From the IMG/VR virus record IMGVR_UViG_3300028920_001041: DNA of 64,000 nt, one strand, 5' to 3'. The notes under the pieces are model-generated. The model did not search any database, was not told where the DNA came from, and worked only from the letters and a program-made list of their open reading frames with translations. The translations under genes were made by a program, and so were the position numbers. Position 1 is the first letter of the stretch; every line of letters starts with the position of its first letter. Below, one piece after another: positions 55,696 to 64,000 of the stretch. Source of the DNA: an uncultured virus (IMG/VR IMGVR_UViG_3300028920_001041) (taxonomy: Duplodnaviria; Heunggongvirae; Uroviricota; Caudoviricetes).

Positions 55696-55933
55696 AAAAA
55701 TTGATAAACATTTTGAAGAATTCTGTTTGTTTAATACATGGGTTATAATGCGATGCGTAGTCGCCTTTGCTCCAAATCACCCATGGTATTACAATCGTCC
55801 TACTCTTGATGGTTGGTTCAAAAATAGCACCCCGTTAAACATTAGAATGAGTCGTATAATTACATTCGGTTTAATAATATCTTGGGAATTGATTATATTT
55901 ATAATAGTTAAAATAATAAAGGGTGGAATATGA
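55688..55933 (+). CDS. small membrane protein
   Basis: C-terminal hydrophobic helix; overlaps both neighbours. Confidence 0.6.
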   Translation: MIKKIDKHFEEFCLFNTWVIMRCVVAFAPNHPWYYNRPTLDGWFKNSTPLNIRMSRIITFGLIISWELIIFIIVKIIKGGI

Positions 55934-56439
55934 CAACTTGGTTTTCAGCAGATTTACATCTTGGTCACGCAAACATTATATGGAGATGCAATCGTCCGTA
56001 TAAGAATATACACAAGATGCAAACTAATTTAATAAAGAACATTAATAACATCATACAAGTCAAAGATAAGTTTATAATAATCGGTGACTTTTCAATGTAT
56101 GGTGTTGTTCAAAAGCATATTGTGAAACAAATTCGAGAACAAATTAATTGTCGTAGTATAATATTAATATTAGGCAACCATGATGCATTATATCCTTTCG
56201 ACTACACAGATTTCTGTGGTTTTGAATCCGTTCATACTAGATTAGAATACGAAGGATTTATATTAAATCATGATCCTGGGAAAGCCTATGAGGAACCCAA
56301 TAAGGTATGGTTAACAGGTCATGTACATACTCATTGGAAAACTCAAAGAAACTGCATCAATGTAGGAGTCGATGTTCGTGATTATTGCCCTATACATATC
56401 GATTCAATCTATCAAATAGTAAGAGGACTAGACATGTGA
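55930..56439 (+). CDS. calcineurin-like metallophosphoesterase
   Basis: ADLHLGH, GDF, GNHD, NH, GHVH, NVGVD. Confidence 0.92.
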   Translation: MTTWFSADLHLGHANIIWRCNRPYKNIHKMQTNLIKNINNIIQVKDKFIIIGDFSMYGVVQKHIVKQIREQINCRSIILILGNHDALYPFDYTDFCGFESVHTRLEYEGFILNHDPGKAYEEPNKVWLTGHVHTHWKTQRNCINVGVDVRDYCPIHIDSIYQIVRGLDM

Positions 56440-56933
56440 AAAGACCAACAGATCGTCAAATTCGTAAATACGCACATATGATTATTGAACGAGCGAAAGG
56501 TGATCCTATTGTTCTCGAAGATATATTTAATGATATTCTTCCTGGGATTGTATATGAGTCATTTTTCATGAATACCACATCAGGAGGATCAACTAAAAAA
56601 CATCAATATCAAAAGAGAGATGACGGGATATTAAAATTCAATATTAGTAAGGAAGCCGCTAAAAAAGCTAAAATTAATCCGTATCATAGACAGGAGTATA
56701 CAGTCTATGTTGCTAACTATTATGAACTAAGTGAAAGATTACCACCTATCGAAATTGATAGTCCTCCAATAGATCAAGAGGATGGATATATTATGACTAA
56801 AATTCTGATCCATTCGAGACCTAGCGCAAAACATAGAAAACAATTCGAGATATTTGGATTCTTGAGAGTATTGACGAAATTAGATCCTGATGTACTATTA
56901 AGGATAGAAGGGCGGATGTTAGCACACGCATGA
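56436..56933 (+). CDS. hypothetical protein
   Basis: GAGG RBS; GTGA overlap with the upstream stop. Confidence 0.65.
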   Translation: MKRPTDRQIRKYAHMIIERAKGDPIVLEDIFNDILPGIVYESFFMNTTSGGSTKKHQYQKRDDGILKFNISKEAAKKAKINPYHRQEYTVYVANYYELSERLPPIEIDSPPIDQEDGYIMTKILIHSRPSAKHRKQFEIFGFLRVLTKLDPDVLLRIEGRMLAHA

Positions 56934-56967
56934 TTAAATCAAAAGTCAAAATCTTTAGGGAGGAAAA

Positions 56968-57621
56968 ATGACCAACAATAATAAACCGCATGACTATCTC
57001 TTAACTTTTTGGTTTACCGGTGAACAAGATGTTGAACATTTAATATCCAGAGGTCTCAATGAAGAAGAGGCTTTACAATTAGCAGAAGAGATTAGAGGAG
57101 AGCTTCCAGAAAATATTAAGATTGAGAAGGTATCAGATATTCCTAAAGTTACAACCAAAGAAATAACTATACAGGAAATTATGAAGACTAGCTTCTCAAA
57201 TGATCATTTAAGAAACTCAATTAACTTATTTGAGATCATGATTATTCAACAAAAAGTAACTCTCGAAAAGTTTCTTGAGATCTTTTCCCCATATGGATAT
57301 TATAGAGGAGGGGACGATAAAAGATCAACTGTGACCACTATTAATTTTAATTACTTTGACCAACCAACAAACTTTGAGTTTAAGATGACTGATTTTGGAT
57401 TCAGATATCTTCCAAAAAAGAATCCTCCTTTTGGTCATGATATTCATCGTTATGATATGGTGTCTCAAAGTATTGGTACTCTTCATAAGAATAAAAGAAA
57501 GATTGTATTTAAAACGCCAAAAAAAGAAGAGATCAATTTCTTAGATTTCTTAATGGAAACCAGAAAACTAATACCTGACTTTCCCATTCGATTGGAGAAA
57601 GTTATGATATCATGTTTATAG
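56968..57621 (+). CDS. hypothetical protein
   Basis: GGGAGG RBS. Confidence 0.75.
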   Translation: MTNNNKPHDYLLTFWFTGEQDVEHLISRGLNEEEALQLAEEIRGELPENIKIEKVSDIPKVTTKEITIQEIMKTSFSNDHLRNSINLFEIMIIQQKVTLEKFLEIFSPYGYYRGGDDKRSTVTTINFNYFDQPTNFEFKMTDFGFRYLPKKNPPFGHDIHRYDMVSQSIGTLHKNKRKIVFKTPKKEEINFLDFLMETRKLIPDFPIRLEKVMISCL

Positions 57622-57627
57622 GGGATT

Positions 57628-57987
57628 ATGTTCATGATAGTTATCTTTGAAGCGATAGATCTAATCACAGGAAATAATGATAAGCCGATGAAAGAATTAG
57701 GTACCAAGCATTTACAAACAGCGAATTGGAAATCATTAAGTCAAAGCAGATCATCATTCTTAATAAAGAAGGGGGAAATGAAGATTCTCAAAGAACGTGA
57801 AACTATAAAAATGAGAATAGATGGATACGAAATAGAAGAACTATTCTGGTATTTATATCACAAACTTCGGCGAGAACATAATATCTCTATTCCTTCAACA
57901 ATATTACATTTGGCTAACGAATTAAATTCAAAACAAATCGAAATATTAATTAAACAATTGGAAGCAAAGGCATTCGCAAAAATATGA
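57628..57987 (+). CDS. hypothetical protein (start uncertain, possibly 57778)
   Basis: ORF within an operon; ATGA overlap with the next gene. Confidence 0.55.
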   Translation: MFMIVIFEAIDLITGNNDKPMKELGTKHLQTANWKSLSQSRSSFLIKKGEMKILKERETIKMRIDGYEIEELFWYLYHKLRREHNISIPSTILHLANELNSKQIEILIKQLEAKAFAKI

Positions 57988-58400
57988 ATTATCTACAAGA
58001 TTTATGTCATATATTTCACGGCTCATTAACTCCAGAACATTGCTTTACTAGAAACGTGTTGAATAGGATATCTATATATATGTATCCTAGTAAAATAATA
58101 AATACTCAAATAATTAAACAAAATGATAAAATTGTCAAAGCGATTGAATATTCAACTAAGGTTCAGACTGTTAAGTTCCCTGACATTAAATTAAAGCATT
58201 GTTTTCTGCAACCTGACACTGAATACCATGCAAGAACAATCTTTTATCATGATGGAAGTTGTGGTGTTAGATTATACAGAAATAAAGATTGGAAAATCGA
58301 CCGACCAAAAACGGATCTGCTTAACTTTCTAACACAATTAACAATAATCGACAACCAAGTAATTCTTAACTTTGAGAAGTTAATATTCCAACATATTTAG
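57984..58400 (+). CDS. hypothetical protein
   Basis: operonic ORF; C-terminus (LLNFL..L) resembles those of neighbours 56436 and 56968. Confidence 0.65.
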   Translation: MNYLQDLCHIFHGSLTPEHCFTRNVLNRISIYMYPSKIINTQIIKQNDKIVKAIEYSTKVQTVKFPDIKLKHCFLQPDTEYHARTIFYHDGSCGVRLYRNKDWKIDRPKTDLLNFLTQLTIIDNQVILNFEKLIFQHI

Positions 58401-58408
58401 GAGGAGAG

Positions 58409-58627
58409 ATGACAGCAAGAATTAGTATGCTCTATGTTATATTAGAAAAAGATGTTCGTATAGATGAGATAGACAAACTTGCAGATGCAATAGCACAATT
58501 TAATAATGTTTTAGAAGTTAAAACACACATTAAAGAAGCAACTGAAGACATTGCTCAAGATCGAGCAAAACATGAGCTTAGTCAGAAATTATTAGAAGTA
58601 TTATATCCCATAAAGGAGAAAATTTGA
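58409..58627 (+). CDS. hypothetical protein
   Basis: AGGAGG RBS. Confidence 0.72.
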   Translation: MTARISMLYVILEKDVRIDEIDKLADAIAQFNNVLEVKTHIKEATEDIAQDRAKHELSQKLLEVLYPIKEKI

Positions 58628-58938
58628 ACCTATTTGAATACATGGATAAGCATAGTTTGACATCGATATTCTTGATAATTCCTATTGCTGGATTTATCTT
58701 AACAGTTGCTCTATTAATACTTGAAAAAATTATTAATAATATATTTCAAATACCACGATTATATATGCGACATAAAACTATAAGGAAAGTGGGGTGGCCA
58801 CCTTATAATAATATGGACGCAGACGGCGATATAATGACAATAGACGATGAAGAAGAAGGAGACAAAATTGTTGATACTAATAGACGACCAGATGATCTCG
58901 ATGGTTCATCAGATCATAAGAGACAATCCGAAGGATGA
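58624..58938 (+). CDS. small membrane protein with acidic tail
   Basis: AAGGAG RBS, TTG start, one TM helix, GWPP...DADGD. Confidence 0.68.
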   Translation: MNLFEYMDKHSLTSIFLIIPIAGFILTVALLILEKIINNIFQIPRLYMRHKTIRKVGWPPYNNMDADGDIMTIDDEEEGDKIVDTNRRPDDLDGSSDHKRQSEG

Positions 58939-59176
58939 TTTCTGGGAGGCCGAAGATAATGAATTTCTCTTCGATGATATCGTATCTATGTGTAAATCTG
59001 ATGGGTACGATATGTTCATTGTTCCTACAAAAAATAAGGAACAGCATATTCTCACAGATTTCCTAATTAATGGATCGGTAGAAGGTAAACAAATGCTCTT
59101 AGAGAATGGTATAGATCCAGATGCTTACAAAAACTTATTTAAAAGTATTGAAAAAGCATTACTTAATAAGGAGTAA
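58847..59176 (+). CDS. hypothetical protein
   Basis: ORF overlapping the upstream gene; start uncertain. Confidence 0.6.
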   Translation: MKKKETKLLILIDDQMISMVHQIIRDNPKDDFWEAEDNEFLFDDIVSMCKSDGYDMFIVPTKNKEQHILTDFLINGSVEGKQMLLENGIDPDAYKNLFKSIEKALLNKE

Positions 59177-59178
59177 TT

Positions 59179-59730
59179 ATGACACCATTGATTATTGATA
59201 AGAATGTGAGGGAAGACATTAGAAACTTAATTAAATTTGCATTTGAACCCACCAGTATTGTCCGTATAGAACAAATGGTAATAAATGGCGAATTAAAACA
59301 AGGAACACCTAATCCTATTGGGGATGATCCTCGTCATTCAATCATCATTCCGGCAAACTTTAAAGTCGTTTATTCGATCGAAGATCAAGGCGAAGGAATA
59401 GGTGAAAGACAAGGATTAGGATTGTGTAGACATCTCTCAATGTCAGTCGGTGTAATAGGCAGAGTACCTAATCCGGTTGGACTTGATATGATAGTTGAAG
59501 AATTCGGATTTGATGGTGCATTATACCAATGTATATTCTGGGCTGAGGATTTTGGTGTAGGGGATCAGAAAGCATTCAACGTACTTGAGCCAATCAAAGG
59601 ATGGCCGAATGATCTTAAACTCGACGTAGAAAATGACGCAATTAAAAGATTAGGTAGTCCTATGGTAATGACGATGAAACAAAGGAGATTACACTCATCT
59701 AGACAATCTATCACAGAAGTGATACTATAA
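59179..59730 (+). CDS. hypothetical phage protein
   Basis: AAGGAG RBS; VVYSIE...CRHLSMSV...P motif. Confidence 0.75.
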   Translation: MTPLIIDKNVREDIRNLIKFAFEPTSIVRIEQMVINGELKQGTPNPIGDDPRHSIIIPANFKVVYSIEDQGEGIGERQGLGLCRHLSMSVGVIGRVPNPVGLDMIVEEFGFDGALYQCIFWAEDFGVGDQKAFNVLEPIKGWPNDLKLDVENDAIKRLGSPMVMTMKQRRLHSSRQSITEVIL

Positions 59731-59744
59731 GGGGGGAACAGCCT

Positions 59745-60362
59745 ATGAGGATGTGGATGGTATCGCCCAAATGGATCTGCAATCAGCATCTATTAGGTGA
59801 GCATCGAGAGTTACATGCTATAATCGGAATATTGCATAAAGGAACGTCAATATATGGTTATATTCAAAATAACTGTTTAGAAGTTTCATCCATATATAAA
59901 AGACATAATGCCCTCGTAAATGAAATGTATATAAGAGGGTACAAACACAAAACACCAATCATTGAATCAGAAATTGTGTTTGAGCATTTACCAATAACAC
60001 ATCAAGAATATAAAATTGATAGAACAAAATCTGCGGCAGATTTATTCTCACGATGTTCGGATTGTGCTAAAAGATGTGAAATATACAGCACTATTAATTT
60101 GGACTTCACAGATGCCTTCTATTGTGACGATACTATCGTTTTTCAAAACCAACAAGGGATATGCGGCTTAATGCAAACTGAAATCCAGCAAAGTGAATGT
60201 TACACATGTAGTAACTGGGATTGGGAAGGATATCAATGGAGTCACGGAGAGTACAAAATTGACGGTAAAAACAAAGGATTATGTACCGCTAATAATCGCA
60301 ATAAACCAACTAATTGGTCTCAACTTTGTGATATTGGTGCGTATAAATGTAAACCCCTATAA
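59745..60362 (+). CDS. pyrimidine-dimer DNA glycosylase (T4 endonuclease V family) with Cys-rich C-terminal extension
   Basis: MRMW...NQHLLGEHRELH...RHNALVNEMYIRGYKH. Confidence 0.82.
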   Translation: MRMWMVSPKWICNQHLLGEHRELHAIIGILHKGTSIYGYIQNNCLEVSSIYKRHNALVNEMYIRGYKHKTPIIESEIVFEHLPITHQEYKIDRTKSAADLFSRCSDCAKRCEIYSTINLDFTDAFYCDDTIVFQNQQGICGLMQTEIQQSECYTCSNWDWEGYQWSHGEYKIDGKNKGLCTANNRNKPTNWSQLCDIGAYKCKPL

Positions 60363-60373
60363 GGAGATTAAAT

Positions 60374-60841
60374 ATGATCTGTTTGAATTGTGGATTATGT
60401 TGTATCCAATTCGATGTTGTAATCATTTCCCCAGATTATGCAAGAGAAGGAATAATATTCAAAAAGTTACCAGAGGACGCGTTCATAATTAAGAGAGGTA
60501 GAACGCCATGCCCGCACCTATATTGGGAAGTAGAAGAATCAAGATGTATGATTCATAATTACAGTTGGTATGAGCAAACCCCATGTTATGATTTTACTCA
60601 AGTTGAATCTAAATCTAGCGATTTTTGCAGGATCGGACAATATTCAATTAAAACCGATGGGCCTGAACACTGGAGATTATATTCTGAAATAATTCATAAT
60701 GAAGTGTTAAGTCCTAAAGAATTAACAGAATCATTTAGTGCTTCTATTAGAAAAGGATTGAAAAATGCCAAAGACACAACAAGACAGATTCTTCCACCAG
60801 AAGCATTGCGACAGATGTCAGGAGGAATTACAAGGGGCTAG
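60374..60841 (+). CDS. YkgJ-like CxxCxxCC cysteine-cluster protein
   Basis: CLNCGLCC...CPHL...CMIH...PC. Confidence 0.75.
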   Translation: MICLNCGLCCIQFDVVIISPDYAREGIIFKKLPEDAFIIKRGRTPCPHLYWEVEESRCMIHNYSWYEQTPCYDFTQVESKSSDFCRIGQYSIKTDGPEHWRLYSEIIHNEVLSPKELTESFSASIRKGLKNAKDTTRQILPPEALRQMSGGITRG

Positions 60842-61004
60842 GACAACATCTTGGTTTACTGAACAAACCATCTGCATGGAATGTTCAGATAAAGAAACAG
60901 ACATTAAAACTAAATTAAGGGAAGGTGGAATGAATCCTGACGATTATGAAGGATGTGGATTCATTCCAACGGAAGGGATACTTAAAAATCTCAATAAAAG
61001 GTAA
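60765..61004 (+). CDS. small zinc-finger protein
   Basis: CDRC...SWF...ICMEC. Confidence 0.7.
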   Translation: MPKTQQDRFFHQKHCDRCQEELQGARTTSWFTEQTICMECSDKETDIKTKLREGGMNPDDYEGCGFIPTEGILKNLNKR

Positions 61005-61009
61005 AGTAG

Positions 61010-61456
61010 ATGGTTAAAATTTATATTCCTGAATCGAATAAACCTCAACATAGAGGTCCTTTAAAGCTTAATAAATATAATCATATAATAGAAGGACATA
61101 GTAAACGTCGTTTTATACAAAGAAAGCTAAAGGAAACTTGGATCTCTACAACTATTGAGAACGGCAGACTTGTAAGATGTGATTTGAAAGGGAAGAAAGT
61201 TGTTGAACTTAAATCAGAAGCAATTAAACAAATAATCAAATCACTTGAACAAGAAGTTGAACGCCTTAAACTTATGCCAAGAGATTATTCAATTAGAATT
61301 GCTGAGCTAAACTTGAAAATTAAAGATCTAGGAGAGTTGTATAAATTAGAAGGTATGAGAGTTGTATATAATATTGTGGCAAAAAAAATTATCACAGCTT
61401 TCACATTCGGAGATCCTTGGAAAGATCGAATTATGTATAAAAGAAGACTTAAATGA
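61010..61456 (+). CDS. hypothetical protein (possible RelE/DUF4258-like motif)
   Basis: HSKRRFIQR...RVVY...IITAF with a coiled-coil insert. Confidence 0.65.
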   Translation: MVKIYIPESNKPQHRGPLKLNKYNHIIEGHSKRRFIQRKLKETWISTTIENGRLVRCDLKGKKVVELKSEAIKQIIKSLEQEVERLKLMPRDYSIRIAELNLKIKDLGELYKLEGMRVVYNIVAKKIITAFTFGDPWKDRIMYKRRLK

Positions 61457-61486
61457 AGGGTGTGAATTCATTCCAACGGAGGTAAT

Positions 61487-61690
61487 ATGAAAGCATTGAT
61501 ACTATATCTCAATAAAAAATGGGATAATCTACCAGAACCACAATGGACTATTGTAATGGTTATCCTTGTTATAGTAATAGTAGTCGGAGTAACATCTAAA
61601 ATACCAATGGTCAGATCAATATCAATTCCCATATTAATGATATTTTGTCTTATCAGATTATGGGGGATAGGATTGACTAAAAAGAATTAA
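61487..61690 (+). CDS. small 2-TM membrane protein
   Basis: GGAGG RBS; two hydrophobic segments. Confidence 0.7.
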   Translation: MKALILYLNKKWDNLPEPQWTIVMVILVIVIVVGVTSKIPMVRSISIPILMIFCLIRLWGIGLTKKN

Positions 61691-61693
61691 TCA

Positions 61694-61734
61694 GGAGTGT
61701 AGCGCTCGTATGCTACACTTCACTTTTTATTTTT
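61694..61734 (+). terminator. intrinsic terminator
   Basis: GGAGTGTAGC/GCTACACTTC stem followed by a T tract. Confidence 0.72.
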
Positions 61735-61742
61735 AAGATACA

Positions 61743-61753
61743 TATATAGAAAT
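61743..61753 (+). promoter_or_regulatory. putative early promoter core
   Basis: TATATAGAAAT after a terminator. Confidence 0.75.
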
Positions 61754-61790
61754 TGTATTAACACAACTTAAAAAAGAGGGGAGATGCTTG

Positions 61791-63119
61791 ATGCCAAAAA
61801 AGAAGATTCGAGGTCCAGATGATCTATTTGATACCATTCCAAGAGAAAAGACAGCAGTTGAACGATTTAGTTTTGTTCCGTATTTACCTGGGCAAAAAAT
61901 TTATCGAACACTCAGAGCAGTTGCTTGGAGAGAAGGTGGTAATCCAATGGAGATAAACCTCGATTTTCCATATGCGGATCAGTACACCTTCGAAACAAAA
62001 GCAATCCTTGAGAAAAAAATAATGCTCGGACATGTCTCGATACCAAATGCTGACGAACAAATTGACATAAAATGCATGCCAGCAGAAATCATATCTCCTC
62101 ATCCTGATTATAGGGGGATATCTAACTATGAATATGTAGATGAAACAATTAATGAATTTCGAGAAAGAAATGAGAGATTTAAGAAAATTCGTGGATACCT
62201 AAACAGAATAATGAATGTTATGGTATTTAATCTGGATCTGAAGCTTATACCTATATATAAAAAGCTTCAGATTCCGTATCCATCAGAGGACGCTAATATT
62301 GAGAGAAAAAGATTTATAAATAGACACAGCAAATCTAAAATTATTAAAGCAATAACTGATTCACCTGTGCAACCGTTAGTTGATAGAGGGAGGCGTAAAA
62401 AGGTTATAAATCTTGATCCTAAACATTTATGTGTACAAGCGTTCACGTCACAATTAGGTCAACTTCTAGAAATTGAGATATTTAAAAATCTTATGTCGAT
62501 AGGAATTGACCCTAGTAATGAGGAGTTTGAAGTTGAGAGAAGAAGATTCTTGAGACAAACTCGAAACTCGAAACTTTTACAACATCTTGGTGTTATGCCA
62601 AAACCAAAAAAGAAGATACTTTCTCGAAAGAAAACCAAGTTGTTTAAAGATTACAAACCTGAAATATTCAAACCTGAAAGAGTCACTGTTACAGTTGCAA
62701 AAGAGATAGTAGCTACTATCTCTAAGAAAAAATTAAAAGATTTACATAACAATCACGTAGCCTGGTCTAAATTTCAACCACAACAGTTCAAAATGTTAAA
62801 ATCAGCATTAGATATTAATGCATTCTCACATACTCTTGGATTTACCCAAAATCAACTTGCAAAAATTTGGAGTTGGGTAGATATACCAAAAGACTTTACA
62901 AAATGTTGGGAATGGAGAGGAGAGTATTATACAGTCGGACCTTACATCGGGCAAGGAATATATGTATCAATGGATAGTGGTACATCATATCCGATTCATA
63001 AAATGATCTTTATGATGTATTACAAAGGGAAACTACCACAAATAGATTTAGAGGTATATCACAAATGTAATAATAGAATATGTGTCAACCCAAGTCATAT
63101 GACACATGTTCCTTATTAA
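61791..63119 (+). CDS. protein with C-terminal HNH endonuclease domain
   Basis: CWEWRG...HK...HKCNNRICVNPSHM. Confidence 0.8.
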   Translation: MPKKKIRGPDDLFDTIPREKTAVERFSFVPYLPGQKIYRTLRAVAWREGGNPMEINLDFPYADQYTFETKAILEKKIMLGHVSIPNADEQIDIKCMPAEIISPHPDYRGISNYEYVDETINEFRERNERFKKIRGYLNRIMNVMVFNLDLKLIPIYKKLQIPYPSEDANIERKRFINRHSKSKIIKAITDSPVQPLVDRGRRKKVINLDPKHLCVQAFTSQLGQLLEIEIFKNLMSIGIDPSNEEFEVERRRFLRQTRNSKLLQHLGVMPKPKKKILSRKKTKLFKDYKPEIFKPERVTVTVAKEIVATISKKKLKDLHNNHVAWSKFQPQQFKMLKSALDINAFSHTLGFTQNQLAKIWSWVDIPKDFTKCWEWRGEYYTVGPYIGQGIYVSMDSGTSYPIHKMIFMMYYKGKLPQIDLEVYHKCNNRICVNPSHMTHVPY

Positions 63120-63121
63120 CC

Positions 63122-63160
63122 GTGGTGCGGTATTACCCCGCACCACTATCTATTTTTTTT
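63122..63160 (+). terminator. intrinsic terminator
   Basis: GTGGTGCGG/CCGCACCAC stem followed by a T tract. Confidence 0.75.
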
Positions 63161-63162
63161 GC

Positions 63163-63360
63163 AAAAAAACAAGAAGCGACCGCAACCTAAGACGAATCTC
63201 AAGTTACAGTCACATCTTGCTGGAGGACGATAAATTAAATGTAAGTCGATTAACCGAAACGACGAAACACAGTAATTAGTATACACTGTTCAGTTTCAAG
63301 CCACGTCGGTATCGACTTTATGTATTAATTAATATTAATAGAGCGAGTCTATCAATATTA
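63163..63360 (-). ncRNA. putative ~195-nt structured small RNA
   Basis: promoter at 63369-63379 (-); AAGTCGAT/ATCGACTT helix; long G-U-rich hairpin with TTCG loop followed by a T7 tract. Confidence 0.62.
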
Positions 63361-63368
63361 CTATTAAT

Positions 63369-63379
63369 ATTTCTATATG
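63369..63379 (-). promoter_or_regulatory. putative early promoter core
   Basis: CATATAGAAAT on the - strand. Confidence 0.7.
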
Positions 63380-63392
63380 ATTTTTTTAAAAA

Positions 63393-63490
63393 TTAAAAAG
63401 AACGGCCCTCCCCGGAGAAGGGAGGGCCAACCTAGAAAAGGAATTCAGTGATACGACTGTGAAAATGATCATATCAAAAGAACTTCCGCA
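63393..63490 (-). ncRNA. putative ~95-nt small RNA
   Basis: promoter at 63497-63507 (-); 5' hairpin GATATGA/TCGTATC; terminator GGCCCTCCC/GGGAGGGCC with T tract. Confidence 0.58.
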
Positions 63491-63496
63491 TTTAAT

Positions 63497-63507
63497 ATTT
63501 CTATATA
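63497..63507 (-). promoter_or_regulatory. putative early promoter core
   Basis: TATATAGAAAT on the - strand. Confidence 0.7.
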
Positions 63508-63527
63508 ACTGGTTGAAATTATTTAAT

Positions 63528-63965
63528 TCATAAGAGACAATCATTAAATACTGTCTTCTTATAAAATGTGTAATAGTATGGTATTACTATTTGAAATACA
63601 ATAAACAATATTGTTATATACCTAATACTCTCTGGGTGTGGAAGGTTATCAATAACAACTCTATAATAATCATAAGTGTTATCCATACTCTCCGGCAAAT
63701 TTTGGTTTGTTAGAATATTCTTAGTAAGAATCGGAAACAAGTTTATTATTTCCTTAGGTAAGTCTTCTATTAGAGTTACTGATCCTGCTTGCTTTATATA
63801 ATCCATTACATACTTAAATGTTTTAGTTATTATATTATCTTCAATTACCTCATAGTACAAATAATTTGTTAAAATTATATCATCAGACATAACAGGATCT
63901 ATTGTTCCATTAGGATCAATAAAACTAGATTTCTTAACTTTCTTACTAATCTCAATTGACTTCAT
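63528..63965 (-). CDS. hypothetical protein
   Basis: 145-aa ORF. Confidence 0.55.
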   Translation of the reverse strand: MKSIEISKKVKKSSFIDPNGTIDPVMSDDIILTNYLYYEVIEDNIITKTFKYVMDYIKQAGSVTLIEDLPKEIINLFPILTKNILTNQNLPESMDNTYDYYRVVIDNLPHPESIRYITILFIVFQIVIPYYYTFYKKTVFNDCLL

Positions 63966-64000
63966 TATATTATTTAAATCTATTATTTTTTTATTCGAGA

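Noticed and set aside
50761..62102. Minus-strand and alternate-frame ORFs in the right arm (e.g. 50761, 50823, 51154, 54776, 55162, 60193)
   Set aside because: Overlap RBS-supported + strand genes; no independent signals

Overview
AT-rich segment that reads as part of a large (jumbo/huge) tailed-phage genome. No capsid, terminase or polymerase gene lies in the window, so the phage call rests on fibre proteins, gene architecture and typical phage accessory genes. Left arm (about 0.4-49.5 kb, all on the - strand, late-type), in transcription order: tail-fibre/structural genes with peptidase-G2-like chaperone domains; three radical SAM (rSAM) enzymes (two with SPASM-type Cys clusters) next to three proteins with (C-x-C-x-C-N/D-Y-x)n repeats and an apparently split peptidase-S74 chaperone; a ~21 kb modification island (KdsA/KdsB-like, transaldolase, UDP-xylose synthase, amidinotransferase, deacetylase, sulfotransferase-like, glycosyltransferase-like proteins and many more rSAMs; 14 rSAM genes in the window, 2 of the B12-dependent type); a J-domain protein with a PAS histidine kinase and two receiver proteins; a structured ncRNA; and a run of small, mostly basic proteins sharing an N-terminal MISI(S/T)xxxE motif reminiscent of a capsid-targeting signal. 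Right arm (49.7-63.1 kb, mostly + strand): small early-type genes and several promoter-RNA-terminator cassettes, headed by a recurring TTAATATTCAA-N6-(T/C)ATATAGAAAT promoter motif. The most novel candidate is a phage-encoded RiPP-like/glycosylation system that post-translationally modifies Cys-Tyr-repeat virion fibre proteins. All functional calls come from motif recognition; no database searches were run.
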